DNA from: Deltaproteobacteria bacterium
Lineage (GTDB): Bacteria > Myxococcota_A > UBA9160 > SMWR01
Direction of reading: 5' to 3'
Assembly (NCBI GenBank): GCA_032128115.1
Contig: JAQBHB010000086.1
Coordinates: 1-23,606 of the forward strand
Length of the DNA: 23,606 nt
Part shown: positions 8,920-17,348 of the stretch, piece after piece
How positions within the stretch are numbered: the stretch's first letter is position 1
Layout: every line of letters starts with the position of its first letter
The notes under the pieces: model-generated
The model's input: only the letters and a program-made list of their open reading frames with translations
Told to the model about the DNA's origin: nothing
Databases searched by the model: none
Position numbers and translations under genes: made by a program

Positions 8920-9960
8920 TCAGTTCGGCGCCACAAGCAGCTTGCCGCCGATCGTTCCGTCCACCAGGCGCTGCATGGCGTCGAGCATACCGTCCAGGTC
9001 CACGTCCTGGCTCTCGATCAGCAGATCCGTGGGCAACCGGCCGCTGGCCAGCAGCGACAGCGCGTCGGCGAAGCCGTGTTCGTCGTAGTTGTAGGCGCCC
9101 GTCACCACCAACTCGTTCAGCAGAACCCGGTTGGGGTCGATCCGGGGCCGCTCCATGCCGGTGCCCAGGATCACCAGCGACCCGGCCTTCTTGAGCTGGG
9201 ACAGGGCCGCCCGCAGCGCCAGTCCCGCGCCGGAACACTCGAAGGCGGCATCCACGGGCTCGGCCACCAGATCGAAGGGGAGCTTGGGGATCTCCACCTG
9301 GTCCGGGTGAACGACACGGGTCGCCCCCACGCGCAGGGCCCGCTCGCGGCGAACCTCGGACGGCTCGCTCACCGCCACTTCTTCGATACCCAGCGCCCGC
9401 AGGGCGGCAAGCGTGAAGAGCCCGATGGGCCCGGCGCCAGTCACGAACGCTCGCTGGCCCGGGCGAATCCCGCTGCGGGTGATGCCGTGGAGCGCCACCG
9501 CCAGCGGCTCGGTGATGGCGGCTTCGCGAAGTCCCACACCCTCGGGAATCGCCACCAGCTGGGATTCGTGCAGGCGCTTGTACTGGGCGAACGCCCCGCC
9601 GACGCCGCCGACGCCCGGGGGCTCTTGCCGCGCGCAAAGGGTCGGGCGATGGGCCCGACAGAACTCGCACGAGCCACAGCCGGGTGTCGCCCCTCCCACC
9701 ACCGGGGTCCCGATCTCCCAACCCTGCACCCGGGAACCGACGGCGGCGATGCGCCCCGAATACTCGTGTCCGCCGATCGAGTCGGCCTGGCCCCAGCCCT
9801 CCATCACCACGTGGAGGTCGCTGCCGCATACGCCGCAGTGGCTCACGCGAAGCAGCACGTCCGACTCGCCAAGCCGTGGGACCGGGCGCTCCTCCACGCG
9901 GATCTCGCGGCGCGCGCAGTAGACGGCAGCGCGCATGCTGTCGGGGATGGCGGACGACAT
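8920..9960 (-). CDS. Zn-dependent medium-chain alcohol dehydrogenase (threonine/sorbitol dehydrogenase-like)
   Basis: CGVCGSD, GHEYSG, CGSCEFC...C structural zinc site, EPLAVALH, GAGPIG Rossmann motif. Start ATG 9960 (or 9936) chosen because a TTGACA lies inside the longer ORF. Confidence 0.92.
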   Translation of the reverse strand: MSSAIPDSMRAAVYCARREIRVEERPVPRLGESDVLLRVSHCGVCGSDLHVVMEGWGQADSIGGHEYSGRIAAVGSRVQGWEIGTPVVGGATPGCGSCEFCRAHRPTLCARQEPPGVGGVGGAFAQYKRLHESQLVAIPEGVGLREAAITEPLAVALHGITRSGIRPGQRAFVTGAGPIGLFTLAALRALGIEEVAVSEPSEVRRERALRVGATRVVHPDQVEIPKLPFDLVAEPVDAAFECSGAGLALRAALSQLKKAGSLVILGTGMERPRIDPNRVLLNELVVTGAYNYDEHGFADALSLLASGRLPTDLLIESQDVDLDGMLDAMQRLVDGTIGGKLLVAPN

Positions 9961-9971
9961 GCTGGATGCGC

Positions 9972-10001
9972 AGCATCTCGCGCCCCGGCTGCCGATGTCA
10001 A
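9972..10001 (-). promoter_or_regulatory. Putative sigma70 promoter for the ADH operon
   Basis: Minus strand TTGACA (10001-9996), 18-nt spacer, GATGCT (9977-9972). Confidence 0.45.
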
Positions 10002-10023
10002 GCGGCACCCGTGACGAAAACGC

Positions 10024-10052
10024 TTGCCTTTGCGGGATTCCGCGCCTATCGT
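10024..10052 (+). promoter_or_regulatory. Putative sigma70 promoter for the amidohydrolase
   Basis: TTGCCT (10024-10029), 17-nt spacer, TATCGT (10047-10052). Confidence 0.6.
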
Positions 10053-10055
10053 GGA

Positions 10056-10074
10056 ATCTGACGGTCCGTCAGAT
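10056..10074. promoter_or_regulatory. Perfect palindromic operator overlapping the predicted +1
   Basis: ATCTGACGG-T-CCGTCAGAT (9-1-9) lies between the -10 and the GGAGG ribosome-binding site. Confidence 0.75.
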
Positions 10075-10091
10075 CTGGAGGAAGCTCGCGT

Positions 10092-11207
10092 ATGCGTGAA
10101 TATCGACTGATCGATTCCGACTCCCACACCCTCGAGCCCCCCCACATCTGGACCACGTGGCTTCCGAAGAAGTTCCACGATCGCGCACCAAAGCTCGTGA
10201 AGGACGCAGAGGGCGGCGACGCCTGGCAGTTCCAGCCCGGGACGAAGCCCATGGAGATCGGACTCGTTACCACTGCCGGCCGACGCTACGAAGACATCAA
10301 GTGGACCGGCTACAGCTACGAAAGCATCCGCAAGTCGTGCTTCGACCCCAAGGCGCGCCTGGAAGACATGGACTTCGACGGCGTGGACGCCTGTTTCCTC
10401 TACCCCAGCCAGCGCACCATGTACTTCTTCATGGGCAACGAAGACCGGGACTTCCACCTGGCGGGAATTCGGGCCTACAACGACTGGCTGTCCCAGGAAT
10501 TCTGCTCCGTGGACCCCATGCGGCTGTTCCCGCTGGCCCAGATGCCGAACCTGGGCGTGGACGCCATGATCGAGGAGATGACCCGCTGCAAGCAGGCGGG
10601 CTTCCGGGGCGTGATCCTCTCGACCTGGCCCTCCGGCGCCGACGACCTGGGGCCGGAGGACGACCGCTTCTTTGCCGCCGCCGAAGAGATGGGGCTACCC
10701 GTCAGCATCCACATCAACATCCAGCGCAGCCGCAATCCCAAGCCCACCCTCACGGGCGTGGCCTCCATCAGCGCCATGGCGCTGGCGGGCATGCTGAATT
10801 TCCCGCCCATCATGTGCGAGCTCATCATGAGCGGCCTGTTCGACCGCCACCCGAAGCTCATCATCGTGGGGGTCGAAACCGAGGTGGGCTGGATCCCCGA
10901 GGCACTGGAACAGGTGGACAACTTCTACTGGCGCAACCGGGCGCGCACGGGCCTCGAGTTGCGGCACCTGCCCAGCGAGTACTTCCACCGCAACTTCGTG
11001 TGCACGTTCATCAAGGACGCCATCGGCGTGCAGCTGCGCCACGACATCGGCGTGGACAACATGGCCTGGTCCACCGACTTCCCGCACCACGGCTGCGACT
11101 GGCCCTACAGCCGCAAGGTGGTTTCGGAGATGCTGGTGGGCGTGCCCCAGGCGGAGCGCCACCAGATCCTGGCGGGCAACATGGTGCGGATCTACGCAAT
11201 ACCCTAG
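10092..11207 (+). CDS. Amidohydrolase_2 family metal-dependent hydrolase/decarboxylase
   Basis: GGAGG ribosome-binding site. IDSDSHTLEP, DPKARLEDMDFDGVD, LYPS, AYNDWL, PVSIH, GLFDRHPKL, ETEVGWIP, WSTDFPH. Confidence 0.92.
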   Translation: MREYRLIDSDSHTLEPPHIWTTWLPKKFHDRAPKLVKDAEGGDAWQFQPGTKPMEIGLVTTAGRRYEDIKWTGYSYESIRKSCFDPKARLEDMDFDGVDACFLYPSQRTMYFFMGNEDRDFHLAGIRAYNDWLSQEFCSVDPMRLFPLAQMPNLGVDAMIEEMTRCKQAGFRGVILSTWPSGADDLGPEDDRFFAAAEEMGLPVSIHINIQRSRNPKPTLTGVASISAMALAGMLNFPPIMCELIMSGLFDRHPKLIIVGVETEVGWIPEALEQVDNFYWRNRARTGLELRHLPSEYFHRNFVCTFIKDAIGVQLRHDIGVDNMAWSTDFPHHGCDWPYSRKVVSEMLVGVPQAERHQILAGNMVRIYAIP

Positions 11208-12769
11208 TCGGGCACTTCGAGCCCGACGAAGATCTGCCGGAGCGTCTCGTCGTTCAGGGGCGTGGCGAAGCTGAGGTAGACGCCGCGCACGGGGATGGAC
11301 ACGACCCTTAGTTCGTGTCCGTCGTGCTCGACGCTGCCCTGCTCCTGCGCCTTCTCGTCGCTGGAGTGCAACAGACGGTTGAAGGCGTCGAAGATCACCA
11401 CCCCCCGCTCGCGCAGGTAGTCGTAGGAGGGCTCCCGCTCGTGTGCAATCACGCCACGCTCCTCGAGCGGCTGGTGGGCAATGCGGGCGTCGTTGAGACC
11501 CCTGCGGTCGATGGTGGTCCAGTCGGTGTAGTAGGGAACCGCCCCGGCCCCTCCCACGCACAGCACCACGTCCGGGGGCAGCACGCCGTCGTCGCTCATG
11601 CGCCTGAGCAGCTTGCCCTCCTTGGCGCGGTAGTCGGCGTAGAAGGCGATGTTGGCCAGGGTATTCACGCCGTAGCGGATGCGGGTGGCCTCGGGTCGAT
11701 GGGGGCCCAGGCTGGTGGCGGTCAAGAGGGCCAATGCCACCATCCCCGCCAGCAACGAGCGCTCCAGTGGACGCCAGCCCGCCGTGGCGACACGCTTCAC
11801 CAGCTCGACCAGCGCCGCCGCTATCAACCAGTAGACGTAGGGAAGGATCGGAACCAGGAAGCGGAACTCGAAGCGATCGCCGCCCACCGCCGCCACGTAG
11901 CCGAGCCAGATGAGTGTCACGGCGCCGAAGAGCCGGCTGGCGGCGTCGCGGCGCAAGACCGGCGCCAGCGCTGCCAGGGGCAGGAACCAGCCGATGCGAT
12001 AGTCGGCGGCGAAGAGTGAGAGATAGCGGAATCCCTGGTCCCACCAGGTGCCGGGCACCTTGGCGTAGAACGTATTGGGAAGCCAGTAGCCGTAGTAGCC
12101 GTGGCGCCACAGCAGGTGGCCGCCCACGATCAGCACCAGGGGCAATGCCCACGCAACGCCCGCGCGAAACGGCCGGCGCCCCAGGAAGATCTCGGCTCCG
12201 AAGAAGGCAGCCGCCCCGCAAAAGAACAGCGCTCCGTCGGGCCGCGTCAGGATGGCCAGGGAGAAGAGCAGCGCCGAGCCCACGGGAGCGCGCACTCCGC
12301 GTTCGCGTTCCACGAGAAACGTCCACAGGGCCAGGAACACCAGCAGCGTGAAGAACAGGGTCTCGAGACCGCCGGTGCACCACGCAGTGAAGGTGCGACT
12401 GCTGGCCAGGGTGAGCGGAGCCAGCCACAGGAAGGGGCTGTCGCGGCCGAAGGCGCGGGCCGAAAAGGCCGCGAGAGCCGCCAGCAGCACTGCACCGCTG
12501 GCGATCCCCACGACGTTGGAGACGACCTCGGGCTGGCCGTCCGCCGCAAGCACTGCGGCCATCATCATCACCCACAGGAAGTTCGTGTAGCCCTCGACGC
12601 GCTCGTCGTGATTCCAGGTGAGGCCCCGGCCCTGCGCCAGGTGATTGGCGTACCGGAAGCTGATGAAGGCGTCGTCGCCGAGGAAGTAGTGACGCTGCAC
12701 GTTGCTGGCGAAGACGGCCAGCGTGCAGGCGAGGAACAGTCCGTGAAGGACGAGAGCCCGTCGGCTCAC
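11204..12769 (-). CDS. GT-C-fold membrane glycosyltransferase (arabinofuranosyltransferase-like)
   Basis: GTG 12769 overlaps the sulfatase stop (GTGA). GDDAFISFRYANHLAQGRGLTWN..ERVEGYTNFLW, GGLET, LTRPDG, PNTFYAK, GGD..RF, AGAVPYY..IDRRGLND. Many transmembrane segments. Confidence 0.85.
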   Translation of the reverse strand: MSRRALVLHGLFLACTLAVFASNVQRHYFLGDDAFISFRYANHLAQGRGLTWNHDERVEGYTNFLWVMMMAAVLAADGQPEVVSNVVGIASGAVLLAALAAFSARAFGRDSPFLWLAPLTLASSRTFTAWCTGGLETLFFTLLVFLALWTFLVERERGVRAPVGSALLFSLAILTRPDGALFFCGAAAFFGAEIFLGRRPFRAGVAWALPLVLIVGGHLLWRHGYYGYWLPNTFYAKVPGTWWDQGFRYLSLFAADYRIGWFLPLAALAPVLRRDAASRLFGAVTLIWLGYVAAVGGDRFEFRFLVPILPYVYWLIAAALVELVKRVATAGWRPLERSLLAGMVALALLTATSLGPHRPEATRIRYGVNTLANIAFYADYRAKEGKLLRRMSDDGVLPPDVVLCVGGAGAVPYYTDWTTIDRRGLNDARIAHQPLEERGVIAHEREPSYDYLRERGVVIFDAFNRLLHSSDEKAQEQGSVEHDGHELRVVSIPVRGVYLSFATPLNDETLRQIFVGLEVPD

Positions 12770-14097
12770 TTCAAGCCCGCCAGGGCCAGCCCCAGCCGGG
12801 CCCTGGCCTCTCGCGCCTCGTCGCCCCCCTGATCCCCGGTCAGCGGCTGGCTCTCGTCCGGGTCGTTGACCAGATCGATGAGCCGCTCGTCGGCGAAGAG
12901 CTTGTAGCGTCGGTCGCGAATGGCGCGCGCCTCGCCCATCTGGATGTAGACCCACTCACGGGGCGACCTCCCCTCGCCCCGTAGCACAGGCATCAGGCCG
13001 TGGCCGTCCTGGATCCGGCCGCGCCCGGGATCGACGCCTGCCACCTGGGCCAGGGTGGGTCGCAGGTCCGTCGAGTCCGTCAGGTCGTCGCTCACACGGC
13101 CCGGCGCGATCACGCCCGGCCAGTTCGCGACGAGCGGCACGTGTGCGCCGGCCCGGGTGAGCAGGCCCTTGCCACCGGCTACCGCTACGTCGCCCATGAA
13201 CGACGTGAACTCGGCCGGCGTGCCATTGTCGCTGGTGAAGATCACCAGGGTTTCCTCGCGCAGATCCATGGCGTCCAGGCTCGCGACCAGACGCCCCACC
13301 AGTCGGTCCAGGTACTCGACCATTCCCACGAACAGACGGAACTCGTCGGTCTCGTCGTTTCCGCTCGCCGGTGTTGCCACGTAGGGCCGGTGGGGAAGCA
13401 CCGCGGGGTAGTAGGCGAAGAAGGGGAGATTGCGGTTGCGCTGCATGAAATCGAGGAGGTAGTCGCAAAACACGTCGGGTCCGAAGACGTCGTCCCGGTG
13501 GGCCTCCGCATTGATCTGACCGTTCTGGTAGACGCCGGGCCGCCAGTAGCGCCGGAAGCTGTCGCGCTGGCCCCGGTAATCCCAGGTCCACAGGCAGTAC
13601 TCGTCGAAGCCGGTCTCGCTGGGATGGCGCGGATGCTCCTCGAAGAGCGCCAACTGCCACTTCCCGGCCACCGCAGTGGTATATCCGGCGCCCTTGAACA
13701 TGCCCGCCAGATCGATGACCGATGGATCCACCACCCGATCCAGGCGTCGCAGGTTCATCATGTGATCGTCGAACCCGGTGCGGAAAGGATATTGCCCGCT
13801 CATGAGCTGGATCCGCGACGGCGTACACAGCGGCGTGGCGTACGCTTCCGTGAAGCGCAGGCCCCCGGCGGCCAAGCCGTCCACCACCGGCGTGGCGTAG
13901 GAGGTGCCCCCATTGCACCCGAGGCCCTCGTAGCCCAGATCGTCGGCCACGATCAGCAGCACGTTGGGACGACCCACGCGCTCGGGCCCACAGCCGGGAA
14001 GCGAGCCTCCCAGGGTGGCGCCGGCGGCCCCCGCGGCGACGCGGCGCAGGAAGTTTCTGCGCGAGAGACCCGGCGCGTCGCGGTCGGATCGCGGCAC
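12766..14097 (-). CDS. Tat-exported (lipoprotein) sulfatase, formylglycine-dependent
   Basis: SRRNFLR twin-arginine signal, LPGC lipobox-like, PNVLLIVADDLG, CTPSR (CxPxR), AGKWQL, FTSDNG. Confidence 0.93.
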   Translation of the reverse strand: MPRSDRDAPGLSRRNFLRRVAAGAAGATLGGSLPGCGPERVGRPNVLLIVADDLGYEGLGCNGGTSYATPVVDGLAAGGLRFTEAYATPLCTPSRIQLMSGQYPFRTGFDDHMMNLRRLDRVVDPSVIDLAGMFKGAGYTTAVAGKWQLALFEEHPRHPSETGFDEYCLWTWDYRGQRDSFRRYWRPGVYQNGQINAEAHRDDVFGPDVFCDYLLDFMQRNRNLPFFAYYPAVLPHRPYVATPASGNDETDEFRLFVGMVEYLDRLVGRLVASLDAMDLREETLVIFTSDNGTPAEFTSFMGDVAVAGGKGLLTRAGAHVPLVANWPGVIAPGRVSDDLTDSTDLRPTLAQVAGVDPGRGRIQDGHGLMPVLRGEGRSPREWVYIQMGEARAIRDRRYKLFADERLIDLVNDPDESQPLTGDQGGDEAREARARLGLALAGLK

Positions 14098-14103
14098 GGC
14101 GCG

Positions 14104-14109
14104 AGTCTA
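14104..14109 (-). promoter_or_regulatory. -10 box (TAGACT) for a leaderless sulfatase mRNA
   Basis: Minus strand reads TAGACT-cgcgcc-GTG(14097), the same 6-nt spacing as at 6229. Confidence 0.55.
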
Positions 14110-14301
14110 GCCCGAGCCGCCCACCCGGTGCTCACGGGCCAATCCTCGGCGCAGTATTCATTTCCAAACTTCCTGAGGCGATTGCGAGCACCACCGGAAT
14201 GAGGTCAGGCGGATGGAGCCGGGGAAGAATACGCGCTGCCGTTGATCGCGGGCACCCGATCTGGGCTGGACCTGAGGCTCCCCATGGAGCAGGATGGCGG
14301 C

Positions 14302-15387
14302 ATGCCTCTGCTGATGGACGTCGAGTGGGAGGAGTGTTTTCTCGAGCCCGTCCCCGACGCGGAGTTTGAGCGCTGGGCCCGCAACGAGACGGGGAATCCG
14401 AATTCCTCCCCGCTGCGCTACTTCGTACCCTGTCCCTGGGTTGCGCGGGCAGCTGTGAAGCTCACATCCCTGCCGCTCGTCCATCTGGACCACGATCAGG
14501 CCGACCTCGTCGCACTCGTGGTGAGCCGCGATAACTCGTGTCGCCTGTGTTACGCGGGAGCCCGCAGCCTGTTGCGCCTCGCCGGCATGCGGCCGAAACG
14601 GATCGACCGTCTCGAGGAAGGCCTGCTGAGCGCGGACCAGAAGACCGGCACGCAGCGAGCGATGGACTTCGTGCGGCGTGTCTCCCGCTCCAATCCTCCG
14701 CCCGGCAAAGCCGACCAGAAGGCCCTGATCGAGGCTGGCTACACGGAGGGGCAGATCAAGGAGCTCGCCTACGTGGCCGCGAACTACGTGGCCATCAATC
14801 GCCTGACGACCTTCACCGCGATGCCTCCCCAGCGTGGCGAGCGAATCGCAGACGGCTGGCGAATGGACGTGGCGCGCTTCTTCCTCCAGGGCATCCTGAC
14901 CAAGAGAAGGCGCTCGGCCAAACCCGAATTCTTGACGACCGAACACAGGCAGCGACCCTTCGCGGCGAGCTTGCTGGGCCTCGACGGCCTGCCCGCGGCG
15001 CGCAAGCTGCTCGAGATCCTGAACGAGGCCTGGGATTCGACCCTCCTGACGCGTCGCGCGAAGGCCCTGGCGTTCGCTGTCGTTGCGCGCGGACTGGAGT
15101 CGCGCGTTTGCGAACAGGAGGCCTTCCGCTTGCTGGCCGAGGAGGGACTCGAACCCAAGCAGATCGAGGACATCCTCGCGCACCTGGGCTCTCCCGCGCT
15201 CGATGTTGCGGAGACGACGATCGTGCGTTTCGCGCGGGAGACAACCTGGTATCAGCCTGCTCAGATCCAACGCCAGGCGCGCGAAGTGCACGAGCAGCTG
15301 GGGGCGGGAGCATTCCTCGAGCTGGTAGGGATCACCTCCCTTGCGAACGCGATCGCGAGGCTCGCGTTCCTTCTCGATCCAGTCTGA
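14302..15387 (+). CDS. Tandem AhpD/carboxymuconolactone-decarboxylase-like protein with CxxC
   Basis: Repeat 1: DLVALVVSRDNSCRLC...ALIEAGYTEGQIKELAYVAA...INR. Repeat 2: LTRRAKALAFAVVARGLESRVC...FLELVGITSLANAIAR. Start ATG 14302 (alternatives 14284, 14242). Confidence 0.8.
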   Translation: MPLLMDVEWEECFLEPVPDAEFERWARNETGNPNSSPLRYFVPCPWVARAAVKLTSLPLVHLDHDQADLVALVVSRDNSCRLCYAGARSLLRLAGMRPKRIDRLEEGLLSADQKTGTQRAMDFVRRVSRSNPPPGKADQKALIEAGYTEGQIKELAYVAANYVAINRLTTFTAMPPQRGERIADGWRMDVARFFLQGILTKRRRSAKPEFLTTEHRQRPFAASLLGLDGLPAARKLLEILNEAWDSTLLTRRAKALAFAVVARGLESRVCEQEAFRLLAEEGLEPKQIEDILAHLGSPALDVAETTIVRFARETTWYQPAQIQRQAREVHEQLGAGAFLELVGITSLANAIARLAFLLDPV

Positions 15388-16169
15388 TGGCCATTCCCGT
15401 TCCCGCGTTGATCGGAGCGGCGCTGTTCCTGGCGCTATTCGGCCTCGGTCTGTGGCACTCGCGACGACAGATCCGGAGCTTGAGGCGGCGCATCGAGGCC
15501 ACCTCCTGCGACCTGGAGGCACTCCAGACTTCCTTCACACGTTTTGTTCCCGACGAAGTGGTGGAGCGCATCATCGCCAGCGGCGTTTCCACCAGTGGCG
15601 AACGCAAAGAGGTGACGTCGCTGTTCGTGGATCTCGTAGGTTTCACAGCCCTGAGCGAAAGCGTCGAGCCGCCCGTGCTGATGCGCATCCTGAATGGCTA
15701 CTTCGAGCGCATGAGCCGCGCGATCACCGAGCATCGTGGCCACGTCTCGACCTTCATCGGAGACGGCATCCTCGCGCTCTTCGGCGCGTTGCGGCCCAAT
15801 CCCTGGCAGGTGAACGACGCCGTGCATACTGCGCTGGCCATGCGCCAGGGCCTCGCAAACTACAACAAGGAGCTGGCGACCGAAGGCCTACCGCCTCTCG
15901 CCGTCGGTGTGGGCATCCATCGCGGATCCGGGGTTGCGGGTCTCGTGGGCAGCCGGGATCTGGTCCAGTTCATGTTCGTGGGCCGCATCGTCAACCTGGC
16001 GGCGCGGGTGCAGGACCTTACCCGCATTCACGACGTCGACATTCTCGTGACCCACGAGGTGCAGAAGGATCTCGACCCGCACTTCGTGCTGCGGGCCATG
16101 CCGCCCATCGAGGTGCGCGGCATCAGCGAGCCCGTGAGTACGTTTGCCGTCGAGCGGTTCGAATCCTGA
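15387..16169 (+). CDS. Membrane-anchored class III nucleotide cyclase with atypical base-specifying residues
   Basis: ATG overlaps the upstream stop (TGATG). One N-terminal TM helix plus coiled coil. FTRFVP, LFVDLVGFT, STFIGDG, GVGIHRG, VNLAARVQ. Confidence 0.9.
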   Translation: MAIPVPALIGAALFLALFGLGLWHSRRQIRSLRRRIEATSCDLEALQTSFTRFVPDEVVERIIASGVSTSGERKEVTSLFVDLVGFTALSESVEPPVLMRILNGYFERMSRAITEHRGHVSTFIGDGILALFGALRPNPWQVNDAVHTALAMRQGLANYNKELATEGLPPLAVGVGIHRGSGVAGLVGSRDLVQFMFVGRIVNLAARVQDLTRIHDVDILVTHEVQKDLDPHFVLRAMPPIEVRGISEPVSTFAVERFES

Positions 16170-16233
16170 TTCGTGTCGAGTCGTGCCCGGTTTCGGGGAT
16201 CGGCAGTATTGACCGAGTCTGCGAGGAGTTCCA

Positions 16234-17348
16234 GTGGCCGAGACGCGCTCGGGATTGCAGACCAGGTTCCCGACGTCGAGGCCGTGCGCGCCGACATTGG
16301 CGCCGAGCGCGTCGTGGTTCATGGCCTGTCCCAGGGTGCTGCGGTCTCCGTGCTCTACGCCCTCGCGTACCCGGAGCGCGTGTCGCATCTCGTCCTCTTT
16401 GAAGGGCTCGTCTGCGACGCGCTCGATCCCTACGCGAGTCCTTCGGAAGCCGAACCGCTCACGAACTGGGACGAGTTCTTCGGACGCCTCGACGACGACT
16501 TCGCCGACTTCAGCCGCCGTTTCGCACAGCAGTGCTTCCCGGACATGCTCGAACAGACCATGGGCGGAATGGCCGACTTCCTGAGCGCGACGGCCAGCCC
16601 GGCCACCTTCCGACTGCTCTGGGAAGGTGTGGTCGGGCTCGACCTCAGACCTCGCCTCGCGGAGTTGAACGTGCCCACCCTGGTCATGCACGCGACAGGG
16701 GATGCTCATCACCCCGTGTCCCACGGGCGCTACTTCGCGGAGCACATTGCGGGCGCCCGATATCTGGAGATCGATTCCAACTGCCACGTACCGACCCTGG
16801 AGGACGAACCCGCAGAGCGGATCTGCACGGCGGTCGAGGAATTTCTCATCGGCACGGTCGTCCACAGCGCCTCGCGACGTTTCGCCACGGTGCTCTTCAC
16901 CGACATCGTCGACTCCACCAGCGAGCAGAAGCGGCGCGGGGACGCGGCGTGGAAGGGGATCCTCGGGACCCATCATGCCGCCAGCCAACGGCTGATCTCG
17001 CAGTTCGGCGGTCGCGTGGTGGAGGTGCTGGGCGACGGCGTGTTGGCCGAGTTTCCGGCGCCGGGCGAAGCCCTGCGCGTCACGCGGGCCCTGGTCGAGG
17101 CGGCGCGGGGCCAGGGCCTGCAGATCCGCGCGGGGCTTCACGCCGGAGAGGTCTATCAGGTGGGCGAACGACTGCTCGGCATCTGCGTCAACGCCACGGC
17201 TCGGGTCGCCGATCGAGCCCGGGCGAACGAGGTGTTGGCCACGGAAATCGTCCGCAGTCTGGTGGAGGGCGGCGACTTCCACTTCGAGGATGCAGGCGAG
17301 TTCGACCTCAAGGGAATCGGCCCTCGGCGGCTGGTCCGCCTCGCCTGA
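16234..17348 (+). pseudogene. Alpha/beta-hydrolase-class III cyclase fusion (Rv1900c/LipJ-like), internally deleted near the N-terminus
   Basis: GAGGAG ribosome-binding site plus GTG 16234 gives MAETR, out of frame with the body. The body has GLSQG, HATGD, NCH (triad) and then VLFTDIVDST, EVLGDG, RAGLHAGE, VNATARV, FDLKG. The N-terminal hydrolase strands are missing. Confidence 0.75.

Noticed and set aside
8909..9976. 513-aa ORF suggesting a large VOC fusion
   Set aside because: The upstream part is an Arg/Gly-rich alternative frame of the ADH gene; the VOC gene has its own ribosome-binding site and ATG at 8908.
14538..15386. 543-aa ORF implying a long cyclase or an AhpD-cyclase frameshift fusion
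   Set aside because: The upstream portion is a low-complexity off-frame reading of the AhpD-like gene; the TGATG junction and N-terminal TM helix support two separate genes.
14151..16210. GCAGTATT on both sides of the AhpD-cyclase pair as a possible target-site duplication
   Set aside because: Only 8 bp, with no inverted repeats or recombinase nearby; it cannot be distinguished from chance.
15387..17348. Pycsar/CBASS-type anti-phage system
   Set aside because: No cyclic-nucleotide-binding TM or TIR effector is adjacent, and the cyclase architectures look like signalling enzymes.
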